A stretch of 47,950 nt of DNA from a virus (Duplodnaviria > Caudoviricetes), in IMG/VR virus record IMGVR_UViG_3300037721_000049, positions 1 through 47,950 of that record; one strand, given 5' to 3'. The notes under the pieces are model-generated. The model was not told the origin of the DNA. It saw nothing but the letters and a program-made list of their open reading frames with translations, and did no database searches. Positions within the stretch are counted from its first letter, which is position 1. Every line of letters starts with the position of its first letter. Positions 9,924-19,983 of this stretch are shown here, piece after piece. The translations under genes were made by a program, and so were the position numbers.

Positions 9924-10708
9924 TGATCAACTTTCGTCTTGCCGCTTGGAACCTCTCGCCGTCGCGGTTGCGCACGGCAAAGGCGGCGCGCATCGTCTAC
10001 GCCTTTATTGGTGTGCCGCTCGATTGCCTTGCCGGCGCGGCGGAGCTTGCGATCAAGGCACGCTTTCCCGAGCTCGCGCCCGAGGATGCGCTCAACGTCA
10101 TCGGTCGGGATCGCGGCATCGTTCGCGGTCCGCTCGAGTCGGCGGCAAGTTACCGCGCGCGTCTTCTTCTATGGCTCGCGTCATGGCGTGGGGCGGGCGT
10201 CGGGCGCGCGATGCTCGACCAGATTGCGGGGTACCTCACGCCGAGCGCGGTGCGGCTCCGGATCTGGACGCAAACGGGCGTCGTCTACACGCGCGAGGCG
10301 GATGGGACTTTTACGGTCGATCGGGTCGCCGCGGGGTTATGGAATTGGGACGGGCAAACGTCACTTTGGTCGCGGTTTTGGGTGATCATCTATTCGATCA
10401 ACGGCGTCCCGTGGTCGCGCTCGCCGACGTGGGGATCGCCCGACCTTCCCCCATGGGGCACGTTTCCCCAAGTCTCGCGCGGCTCGTCGGCGCTCGTCTC
10501 CGACGTGCAATCGATCCGCGGCATCGTCAATGAATGGAAGCCGGCGGCGTCGCGGTGCGAGCGGATCATGGTGAGCTTTGACCCGAGCGCATTCGCGCCG
10601 ACCGACGCATCGCCGCCGCTCCCCGATGGCACGTGGGGGCAATATTGGGACATCGCATCGCTGTCGGCGAATCGGGATTCGCGCGCCATCTACTGGAAGG
10701 GGGTCTAA
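9923..10708 (+). CDS. Baseplate wedge / tail protein I-like
   Basis: LNVIGRDRGI...ESAASYRARL motif; follows J. Confidence 0.65.
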   Translation: MINFRLAAWNLSPSRLRTAKAARIVYAFIGVPLDCLAGAAELAIKARFPELAPEDALNVIGRDRGIVRGPLESAASYRARLLLWLASWRGAGVGRAMLDQIAGYLTPSAVRLRIWTQTGVVYTREADGTFTVDRVAAGLWNWDGQTSLWSRFWVIIYSINGVPWSRSPTWGSPDLPPWGTFPQVSRGSSALVSDVQSIRGIVNEWKPAASRCERIMVSFDPSAFAPTDASPPLPDGTWGQYWDIASLSANRDSRAIYWKGV

Positions 10709-11710
10709 GTGTCGCTCGATTACGCTGGCAACAACGCCTATCCCGTCACCGTCACGATCATGGAGGACGGCGACGAGACCGACGCCGCAAGCTACGCGGT
10801 CGGGCTCGAGCAACTCGCCGACCGCACCGCTTACCTCAACGCCCTTATCACCGGCGGGATCGCGCTCGATTTCACCGACGCCACGTTTCACGGCGCGACG
10901 ATCGTCGCCGACGGTACGATTGCCGCGACGGTCGACTCGGTGTCGGTTGTCGCGACGGGTACCGTCACGGTCGCATCGGGGCTTGATGCGCTCTTTCTCG
11001 GCGGCAACTCGATCGAGCTCGGCTCGACGACGCACATCATGCTCAGTGCGGCGGACGTCACGATCAACGCGACCGACGATCTCGTGCTCAACATCGACGG
11101 CGATGCCTTGATCGACGTTGCCGGCAACCTCGCGATCACCGGAGCCGACGCGATCGACTTGCTCGGCGGGCGCGTTCTCCTCGACGCGACGCATATCGAG
11201 CTCGCGACAAATGTGTCGCTCGGCGGCGGCGTCGGCGACACCGTCACAGTGCAAGGCACGCTCGCGGCGGTGAACAATGCGACGTTTGCGGTCGGCAAGA
11301 CCGTTAGCTTGAGCGGGGTGACGACCGCCGCGGATCTCCGCGCGACCGTTTCGAACATTGCGGGGATCACCTACTCGGGCGCGGGGCGGGCGCACTATCG
11401 GCAAAGGCTCGTCGTCGTCGCCGATTTCAGCCTAGGACACTTCATTTTCGACCCATTCGTCGCCGATGCTTTCTATATCGAGGCGCTTACGGGTAGCAAC
11501 AAGACCGGGGCGCTCCCGAATTCGGGCACCTACGGCGGCGACATCATCGAAATCTCGACCCTCGGCATGACCGGCGGTTTTACCCTCGAGGTGTACGACG
11601 AGCCCTTGACGACGCTCCTCCTCTCGATGACGGCGACCGCAAACTCCTGGTCGCGATGGATCAAAAAAGGCGGCACCGGTTGGCGATTGCTTGCCGTGTC
11701 GGACGGATAA
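10709..11710 (+). CDS. Putative tail fibre protein
   Basis: QLADRTAYL N-terminal anchor motif; beta-rich repeats; GTG start abutting the upstream stop. Confidence 0.6.
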   Translation: MSLDYAGNNAYPVTVTIMEDGDETDAASYAVGLEQLADRTAYLNALITGGIALDFTDATFHGATIVADGTIAATVDSVSVVATGTVTVASGLDALFLGGNSIELGSTTHIMLSAADVTINATDDLVLNIDGDALIDVAGNLAITGADAIDLLGGRVLLDATHIELATNVSLGGGVGDTVTVQGTLAAVNNATFAVGKTVSLSGVTTAADLRATVSNIAGITYSGAGRAHYRQRLVVVADFSLGHFIFDPFVADAFYIEALTGSNKTGALPNSGTYGGDIIEISTLGMTGGFTLEVYDEPLTTLLLSMTATANSWSRWIKKGGTGWRLLAVSDG

Positions 11711-11714
11711 TCCC

Positions 11715-12263
11715 ATGGGACATTGGCTCGACGGTTTGCTTGGAGGCATCCTCATCCGCGACGAGGGCGAGGAGCTCGCGGTGCGGTCGCACATCAACCT
11801 CGTCGGCTTTACCGTCACCGACAATGCCGAGGGCGACGAGATCATCATTGAAACGAGCGGCGGCGGCGGCGGCGAGCTCGACGGCGACGTCGAAGGTCCC
11901 GCCGGCGCGAATCGCATTGGCTCCATTAGCGGCGACGAGGATGACGTCGAGGTCCTCATCGGCTGCGCGATGCGGTTTCAACCGCACACGATCGCGCATA
12001 ACGAAACGCTTACCCCGCCGAGCACGCTTGTTTACGTTCCGGCAAGCGAGGGCGAACCGACGTACGTCAAGCTGCCCGAGCCCGCCGCGGGGCGCACGTT
12101 CGTGCTCATCATGACGGCGGCAGTAGGGCAAATGTCGCTCCGGCGATTCGGGTCCGAGATGATCAACGGCGTCGCGGGCGCGCTCAGCGTCGATGCGCCG
12201 GCAATGCTCGTCGTTGTTTGCGATGGGACCGATTGGGCGGTCGGCAAGATGGCGTTGCCGTAA
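11715..12263 (+). CDS. Putative fibre-associated virion protein
   Basis: GGGELDGDVEGP motif and C-terminal VKLP...INGV...CDGTDW domain. Confidence 0.45.
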   Translation: MGHWLDGLLGGILIRDEGEELAVRSHINLVGFTVTDNAEGDEIIIETSGGGGGELDGDVEGPAGANRIGSISGDEDDVEVLIGCAMRFQPHTIAHNETLTPPSTLVYVPASEGEPTYVKLPEPAAGRTFVLIMTAAVGQMSLRRFGSEMINGVAGALSVDAPAMLVVVCDGTDWAVGKMALP

Positions 12264-12285
12264 ACAAAGTTTCGTAAGGGGGGGA

Positions 12286-12882
12286 ATGATGCCGAATTTA
12301 CCTAGCGGTCCGGGGCAGAATGATGCCCAACACAGTCTTTCGGTCGTTCTCGCGAGCGGGCATGCGGCTTTGCCGGTCTCGCTGAGCGGCGGCGACGTCA
12401 CCGTCGACATCGATGCGAGCAACCTCGCGACCCACGCCGACGCTCTCGCCGCGCAAGCGTCGCTCACATCGGTCGATGCGAAATTGACGACGCTCGACAC
12501 CAACGTCAAGCGGCTCGCGCCGCTCGGACCCGGACCAGGGTCGGCGACCGCGAGCGCCTCAAAGATATTTGGGTTTGCCTACGCCGCCAATGCCGCCGGC
12601 AACTTTGATCTCACGAGCGCCGCCGTCTACGGCGGTCTCAAGACAGCGATCGACGCTGGCAAGCTCCTCATGCTGAAATCGACAACGGGTTGCTTTTACA
12701 ATTGGGCAACCGCGAACATTACGATCTTGGCGGCGGCAACGGCGGCAAACAATCCGGCATCGCAAGGCGTCCCCATGTTCGACGGAGGCGAGTCGCCCGA
12801 GCGCGCGCCGCCCGGCACGACGGTGCTCAACATTCTCGGCGGTCCGGTCGCGGGGATTCTTTACGTTTACATCGCGGAGTAA
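12286..12882 (+). CDS. Hypothetical virion protein
   Basis: G-rich RBS; tail region context. Confidence 0.45.
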   Translation: MMPNLPSGPGQNDAQHSLSVVLASGHAALPVSLSGGDVTVDIDASNLATHADALAAQASLTSVDAKLTTLDTNVKRLAPLGPGPGSATASASKIFGFAYAANAAGNFDLTSAAVYGGLKTAIDAGKLLMLKSTTGCFYNWATANITILAAATAANNPASQGVPMFDGGESPERAPPGTTVLNILGGPVAGILYVYIAE

Positions 12883-12885
12883 CCC

Positions 12886-13620
12886 ATGCGCATAGGACGT
12901 CGTCGAGGGTGCGGGATCAACGCGATCGAGAGGGGGCACCCTCGCAAGTTTCTCGCGTACGGCGGGATCGGATGGTGGAACGTCTATGCGCTCACCGGGC
13001 AAACCGCCGCCAACATCAACGGCTTCGTCGATCAATTCGGCGGCTCGAAAGACGCGACGCAAGCGACGGATGCAAACCGTTGGGCATTCAATGCTACCGG
13101 TTGGAACGGCAAGCCGTGCGCCGATACGGGCGCTGGCACTACCAAGGGGTACGTTACACCGAGCGTGACGTTTGGGACGCATTCGTTCCTTGAGGTTTGG
13201 ATGGGAACCAATGGCGCGGCGGGGGGCTTTCTCTTTTCGCATACGGCGAACATGGAGAACTATATTTGGAGCGCCGTAACTCCGTCGAGCCGAGTGTTTA
13301 GAGGCTCGTCGGCATCTACCAAGGAAGTGACCTTAACGTGGCTCCGCGATGGGGTCAGGAAAACCTTCGCGCGAACATTCGACGGGACGCACGCGACCCA
13401 TAGGATTTATCTGCAAGGGCTCGACGTCGCCGCAACGAACGGAGGATCAACGTCCGATCCTGGAACGGCAACCGTCACAGATCCTCTTTTTATCGGCACT
13501 CGGAGCGGCACGACGGGCGTCGTGGGTTCGTGGGGCGAGACGGTTGTTTACTCGAAAGCAATGCCGCCGCCGATCGTGAAACGGATGAGCAATCGACAGC
13601 GCGCGCTATGGCCATGCTGA
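12886..13620 (+). CDS. Concanavalin A/LamG-like domain protein, possibly receptor-binding
   Basis: DATQAT...R, LFIGTR and WGETVVYSKA pattern; locally lower GC. Confidence 0.5.
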   Translation: MRIGRRRGCGINAIERGHPRKFLAYGGIGWWNVYALTGQTAANINGFVDQFGGSKDATQATDANRWAFNATGWNGKPCADTGAGTTKGYVTPSVTFGTHSFLEVWMGTNGAAGGFLFSHTANMENYIWSAVTPSSRVFRGSSASTKEVTLTWLRDGVRKTFARTFDGTHATHRIYLQGLDVAATNGGSTSDPGTATVTDPLFIGTRSGTTGVVGSWGETVVYSKAMPPPIVKRMSNRQRALWPC

Positions 13621-13646
13621 ACTGAAAACAAGAAAGGGACACTCCC

Positions 13647-13967
13647 ATGCCGACGCAACAAGAAATCGATGACGTTCTCGCGAAGGTTGGAACGTACCAA
13701 ACGAAAAAGGGGCTTAGCGATGCGGCGCAAAAGCTCGTCGACACCGCCAATCAACGCGCGCTCGCCGCCCGCGCCGCGTTTGACGCCATGATCGCCGACG
13801 GGGAAACCGACGAGGAGAAACTCACCGCCGTACTCCTCGCGGTCGTTGAGACGAAGCTCGACTCCGACGCGAAACAGGTCGAGGCATCGACGAAATCAAC
13901 CGAGGCGAGCCAAGCGAATACGCAATTAACCGACGCGCTCTATCTGTTGACCATTCCGCCCCCCTAA
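13647..13967 (+). CDS. Hypothetical coiled-coil protein
   Basis: GAAAGGG RBS; 106 aa. Confidence 0.55.
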   Translation: MPTQQEIDDVLAKVGTYQTKKGLSDAAQKLVDTANQRALAARAAFDAMIADGETDEEKLTAVLLAVVETKLDSDAKQVEASTKSTEASQANTQLTDALYLLTIPPP

Positions 13968-14386
13968 TGGACATTTCGTTTCACCCCCCGCCCAATCGCG
14001 ACGATCGCCGCTCGCTTCGCGCCATGGTGCCATGGTGGCGGCGAGGGTGGGCATGGATCTCCGATGCTCACCGCTTCGTCGTAACGGTGATCGCGGTATG
14101 CGGCACGACGATCGTCATACACGTTTGGCTCAAGGGTCTCATCACTCGCGCCGAGCTCGACGTCGCGGTCGCGGCATCGGTGACAACCGCGACGGATAAA
14201 GTCCTTCTCGAGATCCGCGGCGACCTCGCGATCATCAAAATGAACACCGCCGGTTTGCCCGATTGGCGCGGCAGTACGACGGCAAAGGTCATCGCCCTCG
14301 AGCAACAAGTCGCCGGCGCGCAAAAGCTCGCGGAAAAGAACGAGAACCGGATCGACACTTACTTGACCTCGAGGATGCGTCGATGA
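13967..14386 (+). CDS. Membrane protein (one TM plus coiled coil), lysis region
   Basis: Hydrophobic FVVTVIAVCGTTIVIHVW; coupled start. Confidence 0.55.
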   Translation: MDISFHPPPNRDDRRSLRAMVPWWRRGWAWISDAHRFVVTVIAVCGTTIVIHVWLKGLITRAELDVAVAASVTTATDKVLLEIRGDLAIIKMNTAGLPDWRGSTTAKVIALEQQVAGAQKLAEKNENRIDTYLTSRMRR

Positions 14387-14658
14387 CCGATGCGCCCGAC
14401 GTTCGCGGCATCATGCGCGCGCTCGCGCGGCTCGAGCTACGCATGCTCGAAGTCATCAAGGGGGTCGATGGGATCAAGGGCGAGCTTCGGACCCTTACGC
14501 CGCGAATCGACACCTTGACGGCGGAGGTGCGCGAGGCGGCGCGTCGCGTGCACCAACAGGCAAACGCGATTCAAAAGCTTTTGCACGAGGCGACGGAGCT
14601 CGTTGAGGACGCTGAGCCGAATGCATGGGCGCACGACAGCGACCCCGAGAAAGGATAA
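14383..14658 (+). CDS. Hypothetical coiled-coil protein
   Basis: ATGA overlap at 14383. Confidence 0.5.
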   Translation: MTDAPDVRGIMRALARLELRMLEVIKGVDGIKGELRTLTPRIDTLTAEVREAARRVHQQANAIQKLLHEATELVEDAEPNAWAHDSDPEKG

Positions 14659-14663
14659 CGCCA

Positions 14664-15320
14664 ATGGATGCCGTTACAATCGACACGCTTACGCGCGATT
14701 TGCGCACGAATGCATGGATCCCGCTCATTGCTGTCATCGTCGGCGCGGTGATCCGCCTCACGAAAACCGACGCCGCGGTCGCATGGTTCAAGGTGTATAC
14801 GAAACCCGAGCACCGCCCCGCGATCGCGCTCTCGCTCGCCATCGTCGGCGCGTCGGTCGAGCGGCTCGCGGTCGGCGGTACCTGGTACGACGCGATTGCC
14901 GGCGGCATCGCCGCGGGGAGCCTCGCGATCGCGGGGCATGAGCTGTATGTCAACGGCATCCGCAAGGGGCGCGACATCGGAATCAAGAAAGCCCCCCCTC
15001 CTCCGCCGCCGGATTGGCTTGACGACTCGCTCCGCCCGCCGCTCACGAAATCGCCGCCGCCGTCGTCATGGCCACTCGTCGGGGGGGCGATCCTCGCGCT
15101 GTCGGTCGCCGGTTGCCCCGGGGCGGGGCGCGTCGTCTGCCCGGTCATCGACCTCGCGAGTCAAGTTTGCCCCTATATCCTCGTCAAGTTGCCCGACGGC
15201 TCGACCGAGCCGGTACGCCGCGAGGTCATCGAGGGCGCCGCCATCCGCGCTCGCGTAACACGCATGCGCGCCGCTGAGCTCGACCCGAATCCGTACATTC
15301 GCGACGGCGGTGCCGAGTGA
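14664..15320 (+). CDS. Holin-like membrane protein with Pro linker and Cys-containing C-terminal part
   Basis: Three hydrophobic segments, then PPPPPP linker, then LALSVAGC. Confidence 0.45.
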   Translation: MDAVTIDTLTRDLRTNAWIPLIAVIVGAVIRLTKTDAAVAWFKVYTKPEHRPAIALSLAIVGASVERLAVGGTWYDAIAGGIAAGSLAIAGHELYVNGIRKGRDIGIKKAPPPPPPDWLDDSLRPPLTKSPPPSSWPLVGGAILALSVAGCPGAGRVVCPVIDLASQVCPYILVKLPDGSTEPVRREVIEGAAIRARVTRMRAAELDPNPYIRDGGAE

Positions 15321-15793
15321 TACCGGTCGCACCGGTGCTCGTCGCGCTCACGCTCGTCGCCCCTTGGGTGCCGAGGGTCGAGCGTGCACGCTATGCCTCG
15401 GACATCGCCGCCGCCGCACCGAGCCTCACGATCGCCAAAGCCATGATCGCGACCGCCGTCACCGAGTCGGACATGCGACCGGCGATCGAGCGGTGCGAGT
15501 GCACCGAGCGCGAGTGCGACCGCGACGCATCGGGCAAGGCGCACGCGGTCGGGCTTTATCAATTGCACTCATTCCACTTCAGAGGACACACCGCCGAGGA
15601 GATTTGCGGGTCGAACCGGCTCGCCTCCGAGCTCGTCGCGCGCACGCTCTCGGGGCTCGTCGCGCAAACCGGCGACGTTGAGGAGGCATTGCGCATCTAT
15701 GTCGGCACGAGGGTACGCCGAACGGATCCGCGGGTCGCGCGGCGCCTCGAGCTTTTCGATCTCATGATGGGAGGGCACGCCGATGCCCCCTAG
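15317..15793 (+). CDS. Lysozyme/lytic transglycosylase-like protein with N-terminal signal or anchor
   Basis: AVTES (catalytic Glu-Ser) and AVGLYQLH (GLxQ) motifs. Confidence 0.6.
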   Translation: MIPVAPVLVALTLVAPWVPRVERARYASDIAAAAPSLTIAKAMIATAVTESDMRPAIERCECTERECDRDASGKAHAVGLYQLHSFHFRGHTAEEICGSNRLASELVARTLSGLVAQTGDVEEALRIYVGTRVRRTDPRVARRLELFDLMMGGHADAP

Positions 15794-16655
15794 GTTCCCG
15801 CTCGGATACAAGCAAGACGCGGTCGATTACGGTTACCCCTCGCACCGGTTGCTCATCGCCGCCGTCGCGCCGTCGCTCGCCAAACCGGACCATTTGCCGT
15901 TTCGCAAGGGGGGGATCTGGCAAGGTCCCGTCGGCATGTGCGTCGGCTCCGGTTTCAAGCGGTGCGCGCAACTCTGGCAGAGCATGAACGAGCGCACCGA
16001 GGTCGGCTCGCTCTCGGGAAAGTTTGGTTACGACATCGGGCGGGCGGCAGAATTCTCCGCGATCGACCCCGACCATGAGCCCGAGCTCACCGACCGCGGT
16101 TGTCAACCGGGTCTACTCCTCCGCGCGTCGCGCGAGGTCGGCGTTATGCTCGACGCCGATTACCCCGATCCCGATTGCCCCGGTTGGAACGGGGCGAACG
16201 TCAATCGCAAGCCGACCATCGACCATCTCGTCAGGGCGTACGACGTGCGCGGGATCGAGTTTTACAAGGTGTCGCGCGGTGCGTTTGGCTACAAGGAGTC
16301 GATCCGCTCGTGCATGGTCCGCCGGCATCCGGTCATGTTTTCCATGTTCGTCGACTCGGGCGTCATGTCGAATCGGGGCGATATCGTCACGTCGATTTTC
16401 CGAAACGACCCCGACGGCGGGGGGCACATGCTCACCGTACTCGACGCGAGCCGCGACGATTACGCGGTGATCGATAATTGGTGGGCGCGGCGCGAGCTCG
16501 GGATTGAGTGGGGCATGCGCGATGGCAATCTCCTCGGCTTGCCGGCGGGAACGTGGCGCATCGCATGGGCGACGCTCGAGGACGCCATCATTCAGTGCTT
16601 TGCGTTCTCGGGCATGCCGCTCATACACAAGAAAAGCGAGGGGGCAACGCCATGA
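15783..16655 (+). CDS. Papain-like (C1) cysteine peptidase
   Basis: QGPVGMCV (oxyanion Gln and catalytic Cys), GGHML (His), IDNWW (Asn). Confidence 0.7.
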   Translation: MPPRFPLGYKQDAVDYGYPSHRLLIAAVAPSLAKPDHLPFRKGGIWQGPVGMCVGSGFKRCAQLWQSMNERTEVGSLSGKFGYDIGRAAEFSAIDPDHEPELTDRGCQPGLLLRASREVGVMLDADYPDPDCPGWNGANVNRKPTIDHLVRAYDVRGIEFYKVSRGAFGYKESIRSCMVRRHPVMFSMFVDSGVMSNRGDIVTSIFRNDPDGGGHMLTVLDASRDDYAVIDNWWARRELGIEWGMRDGNLLGLPAGTWRIAWATLEDAIIQCFAFSGMPLIHKKSEGATP

Positions 16656-16912
16656 AATGGGTTTTCTGTCTGTTCGCCATCCTCGCGACCGGATGCCCCC
16701 CCGCTCCGCCCTCGCCTCCGACGACCGGCGACGAATGCGAGGGCGCCTATGGCCATCTCGTCTCGCTCCGGTGCGAGCCGATCCGCCCGACCTCGGGCAC
16801 ATGGGTCGACGTTTGCCGCAACGCGCGGCGTAACGGGCTTTTCTCCCTCCGATGTGTCCGAGCCGCACGCGACCGGGACACCGTCCAATCGTGCGGGGTG
16901 TCATGCGAGTGA
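16652..16912 (+). CDS. Small Cys-rich lipoprotein
   Basis: MKWVFCLFAILATGC lipobox; six further Cys. Confidence 0.6.
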   Translation: MKWVFCLFAILATGCPPAPPSPPTTGDECEGAYGHLVSLRCEPIRPTSGTWVDVCRNARRNGLFSLRCVRAARDRDTVQSCGVSCE

Positions 16913-16951
16913 CTCCCGTCTAACCGGCGGAGTCGATAGAGGGGGGATCCC

Positions 16952-17644
16952 ATGGCGGAAATACCGAATACCATCACACCGATCACCGCAACGGAGCTCG
17001 CAAGCGCCCTCGTCGCCGCTTGGCGGTCGCTCTTTGGGCATGTGCCTAGCCGTCGGTCGATACTCGTCTTATTGGCTCAGAGCGCCCATGAAACGGCGGA
17101 ATGGCGGGCGGTGCACTGTTTCAATATTGGCAACGTCAAGAGCATCGAGGGCGACGGATACGACTACACCTATTTTCGGTGCCGCGAGAGGATAGACGGT
17201 CGGGACGTATACCTTGAGCCGCCCCATCCGGCGACGCGGTTTCGCGCATTCCGGACCCTCGCCGAGGGCACGATCGACCATCTCGCTTTTCTGAAAGGGC
17301 GGCGGCGATGGGCGAGAGCGTGGGAGGCCATAGAGCGGGGCTCGCCCGCCGAATTCGCCGTCGCGCTCAAGACCGCCGGTTACTACACCGACCCCGTTGA
17401 GGTGTATTCGCGGCGGCTCGTCGCTTTCTACAAGCTATTTGATGCGAGCCTGCCCGCGGAGCTCGTACCGCCCGAGGTCGATGCCGAAACCGCCGCGCGC
17501 GCGCAAGGGCTCGTCGCGATGTCGCTCCACCGGATGGCGGGCGTATTCGTGACGGGCGATCCGAACGGGGCGACGTGCGACGACGACGCGATCGCGACGA
17601 GCGACACCGAGCCCGCGCCGCCCGACGACGAGCGGAAGGGTTAG
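16952..17644 (+). CDS. GH73-like N-acetylglucosaminidase (candidate endolysin)
   Basis: AQSAHET, FNIGNVK, FRAF and GYYTDP motifs. Confidence 0.7.
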   Translation: MAEIPNTITPITATELASALVAAWRSLFGHVPSRRSILVLLAQSAHETAEWRAVHCFNIGNVKSIEGDGYDYTYFRCRERIDGRDVYLEPPHPATRFRAFRTLAEGTIDHLAFLKGRRRWARAWEAIERGSPAEFAVALKTAGYYTDPVEVYSRRLVAFYKLFDASLPAELVPPEVDAETAARAQGLVAMSLHRMAGVFVTGDPNGATCDDDAIATSDTEPAPPDDERKG

Positions 17645-17745
17645 TCCCGCCCCGCCCGATCGAGCATGAGACGAATCGCGACGATGAATGCGACAGCGAT
17701 CGCCGCGAACGTTCCCGCCGCTTTCCAGATATCGGCGTCGGTCAT
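17641..17745 (-). CDS. Small membrane peptide (34 aa, MTDADIWKAAGTFAAIAVAFIVAIRLMLDRAGRD)
   Basis: Read by hand; ATGA overlap with the upstream minus-strand gene; single TM. Confidence 0.45.
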   Translation of the reverse strand: MTDADIWKAAGTFAAIAVAFIVAIRLMLDRAGRD

Positions 17746-18212
17746 CGGCGGTCGTCTTTTCTGATCAGAATCGGCGCGGGGGGCGCCTTCCATTGGCGAC
17801 TCTTAAGCGGGGTGTCGCGCGTGTCACCGCAAAGGACGCGGTACTCCTCGCGCCATGGCGGCATGCCGCACCGCCGTTGCAGCTCCATGCATTCATCGAT
17901 GGTGTATCGGGTCTCATCCCAAACGGGGAGGGAGCGGAGAAAGTCGGCGCGGCGCATACCGTAGAAGATCCGCCGCCCGAGTCGGATCCCGCCCTGAATG
18001 ACTAGGCGACTCGGCTCGACCTCGATCCATCCATGCGCGTAGGGCTCGCCGTCGGGCGTGAACATGATCCCATGCACGGTAATATGCCGGCGGATCTCGG
18101 AGGCGCACGCTCCGCCCGCGACGAGCTCATTGTAAAAATTGGCGACATCGTCAAAGCATTGGTGCGTCGGATAGATCGGCTCGTCGTCGCCCTCGTCGAG
18201 GGTCGTGCTCAT
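17742..18212 (-). CDS. Hypothetical protein with possible Cys-His transglutaminase-like motif
   Basis: HQCFDD...VHGI...YAHGWIE. Confidence 0.45.
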   Translation of the reverse strand: MSTTLDEGDDEPIYPTHQCFDDVANFYNELVAGGACASEIRRHITVHGIMFTPDGEPYAHGWIEVEPSRLVIQGGIRLGRRIFYGMRRADFLRSLPVWDETRYTIDECMELQRRCGMPPWREEYRVLCGDTRDTPLKSRQWKAPPAPILIRKDDRR

Positions 18213-18244
18213 TCGGAGCCGCACCGCCTCGGGGCGCCATCGCC

Positions 18245-18844
18245 TCATGACGCCGACCGCCGCAAGAGGTCGACAAACCGCCCCTTGCGCTGCGCTCGAT
18301 TGCCGTCGATGCCAAGGGACGAAGCCATATCGACGAAAGGTTTGAAATAGGCCTTGCCCGAGGCGGCGCGCTCGGTCTCCGCCCATTGCTCGACCGGATG
18401 CTCAAGGGCAATGTGCTCGAGGAGGATAACGATTCCCTCGCGCCGCCCCGCGAACGGCGCCGACCAGTCTTTCGGCAATCGCGCGCGCGCTCGCTCCGGG
18501 GTCGGGGCGTCGGGCGTGAGCTTGCCGCACGCGACCCAACTTTCCATAACCGTCATGACGCCGCACGCATGCGTGAGCACGAGGAGCTCGCGGATCACCG
18601 CCGAGAAAGCGTCCCTTTCGTCGCCGCCCGCAAGGGTGTCGGGAAAGTAAAAATACGCGCCGGTCATGCGGCGCCCGTCCTCGTCGAGGCACGGCTCCCC
18701 GTTCGGATCCCTGTCGGCGAACAGGATCACATGCGGGCGCACGACACCGGCTCGCGCGTGCAGCCCGAGTACACTCGATTTCGTCGACTCGAGAAACCCG
18801 AGCGCCCCCTCACGCGTCGCGAGATCCTTCGACCCTACCCCCAT
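18245..18844 (-). CDS. Hypothetical protein
   Basis: Protein-like ORF in a minus-strand run; start uncertain. Confidence 0.5.
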   Translation of the reverse strand: MGVGSKDLATREGALGFLESTKSSVLGLHARAGVVRPHVILFADRDPNGEPCLDEDGRRMTGAYFYFPDTLAGGDERDAFSAVIRELLVLTHACGVMTVMESWVACGKLTPDAPTPERARARLPKDWSAPFAGRREGIVILLEHIALEHPVEQWAETERAASGKAYFKPFVDMASSLGIDGNRAQRKGRFVDLLRRSAS

Positions 18845-18957
18845 GCGCCCGCACGCTGCCACGTGGCAACGTCGGTCGTCAAGGCACAAAAGCCGAAAGC
18901 CGCCGGAGGACGGTGACCCCCTCGGCGGCTCTATCTAACGCGGCAATCGCGCCGCGC

Positions 18958-19656
18958 TCACGGATCGCAGAGCATGCCCTCCGCGCAACCGCGCGAGCAT
19001 TCGAAATAGGGTACCCATTGCACGCCGCTCCAAGCGCCCGCGAGCCGCCATGCGCCCGCGCGGCATACGAGCGGCAAGGTCTCGACGACGGTGCCGCCGG
19101 GGGGCGGTTGCACGCCACCGCACTGGCGCGCGAGCTCGGGCGAGCACGGCGCGGGAAACGTCGCCCGCACGCGCGCGTCGGTGTCGTTGACCCTCTTGCA
19201 CTCGGCATTCGGGACGGGACACACCGGATCGCCGGCGGCATCTCGCACCGCGTCGACGGTCGCAACCGCATCCGCGACCGCAACCGAATCGACGCGCGCA
19301 TCCGGGGCGCTCGCCTCAATCGCCCCGACGTCGCTCGTCGGCGCCCCGCTGTCGAGCGCGCCCGCCTCGGTCGGGGCATCGACCCCACCCTCGATCGGAG
19401 TGGCGTCGGGCGGGCGTACCGCGTCGACGGTCGGGACGGTGTCCGCTCGCGTGTCGGCGCCCGCATCCGAGGCGCCCCGGGTATCCGCGCCCGCATCCGG
19501 TACCGGCGGCGGCGGGACGGTGCCGGTCGTCGTCGGTGTAGGCGGCGCGAGTACGTCTCCGGCGGCGTCGGGCGCGGTGTCGGTGACGGTGTCGGGCGCA
19601 CTGCCGCAACCGGCGGCGGCGAGGAGGAGCATGGTGCTGAGGGCGATGAATTTCAT
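18958..19656 (-). CDS. Lipoprotein with Pro/Asp/Ala-rich linker and Cys-rich C-terminus
   Basis: MKFIALSTMLLLAAAGC lipobox; PDAG/DAG repeats. Confidence 0.7.
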   Translation of the reverse strand: MKFIALSTMLLLAAAGCGSAPDTVTDTAPDAAGDVLAPPTPTTTGTVPPPPVPDAGADTRGASDAGADTRADTVPTVDAVRPPDATPIEGGVDAPTEAGALDSGAPTSDVGAIEASAPDARVDSVAVADAVATVDAVRDAAGDPVCPVPNAECKRVNDTDARVRATFPAPCSPELARQCGGVQPPPGGTVVETLPLVCRAGAWRLAGAWSGVQWVPYFECSRGCAEGMLCDP

Positions 19657-19983
19657 GGTGTAGGTCTTAGAAGCCGCCGCCGCCGAGGACGATGGCGTAA
19701 CGGATCCATCCGTACCAATCGGCGATTTCGCGAGCGATCTCGATAAAGAAAATACGGGCGTAACCTGATAGGGTGCGAGTTGCCATCGGTGCGATTCTCC
19801 AGATCGTGACGGTGGTAGGTCGAGGGGGGTCGAACGGTAGATGCCGTTTCCCTTCCCCGACTTGGGATGCTCGACCGTTCCCGCGGTTGAGCGTCCCTCT
19901 ATGCCCAATATGAACGGCGCTCGCCGCTAATCCTTTAAGGGTATGTTGCTCGACGGCATCGGGGGGCAAACGTGCCCCTTTTT

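Noticed and set aside
10709-13620. Diversity-generating retroelement or invertible fibre cassette
   Set aside because: No reverse transcriptase, invertase or TR/VR repeat pair seen.
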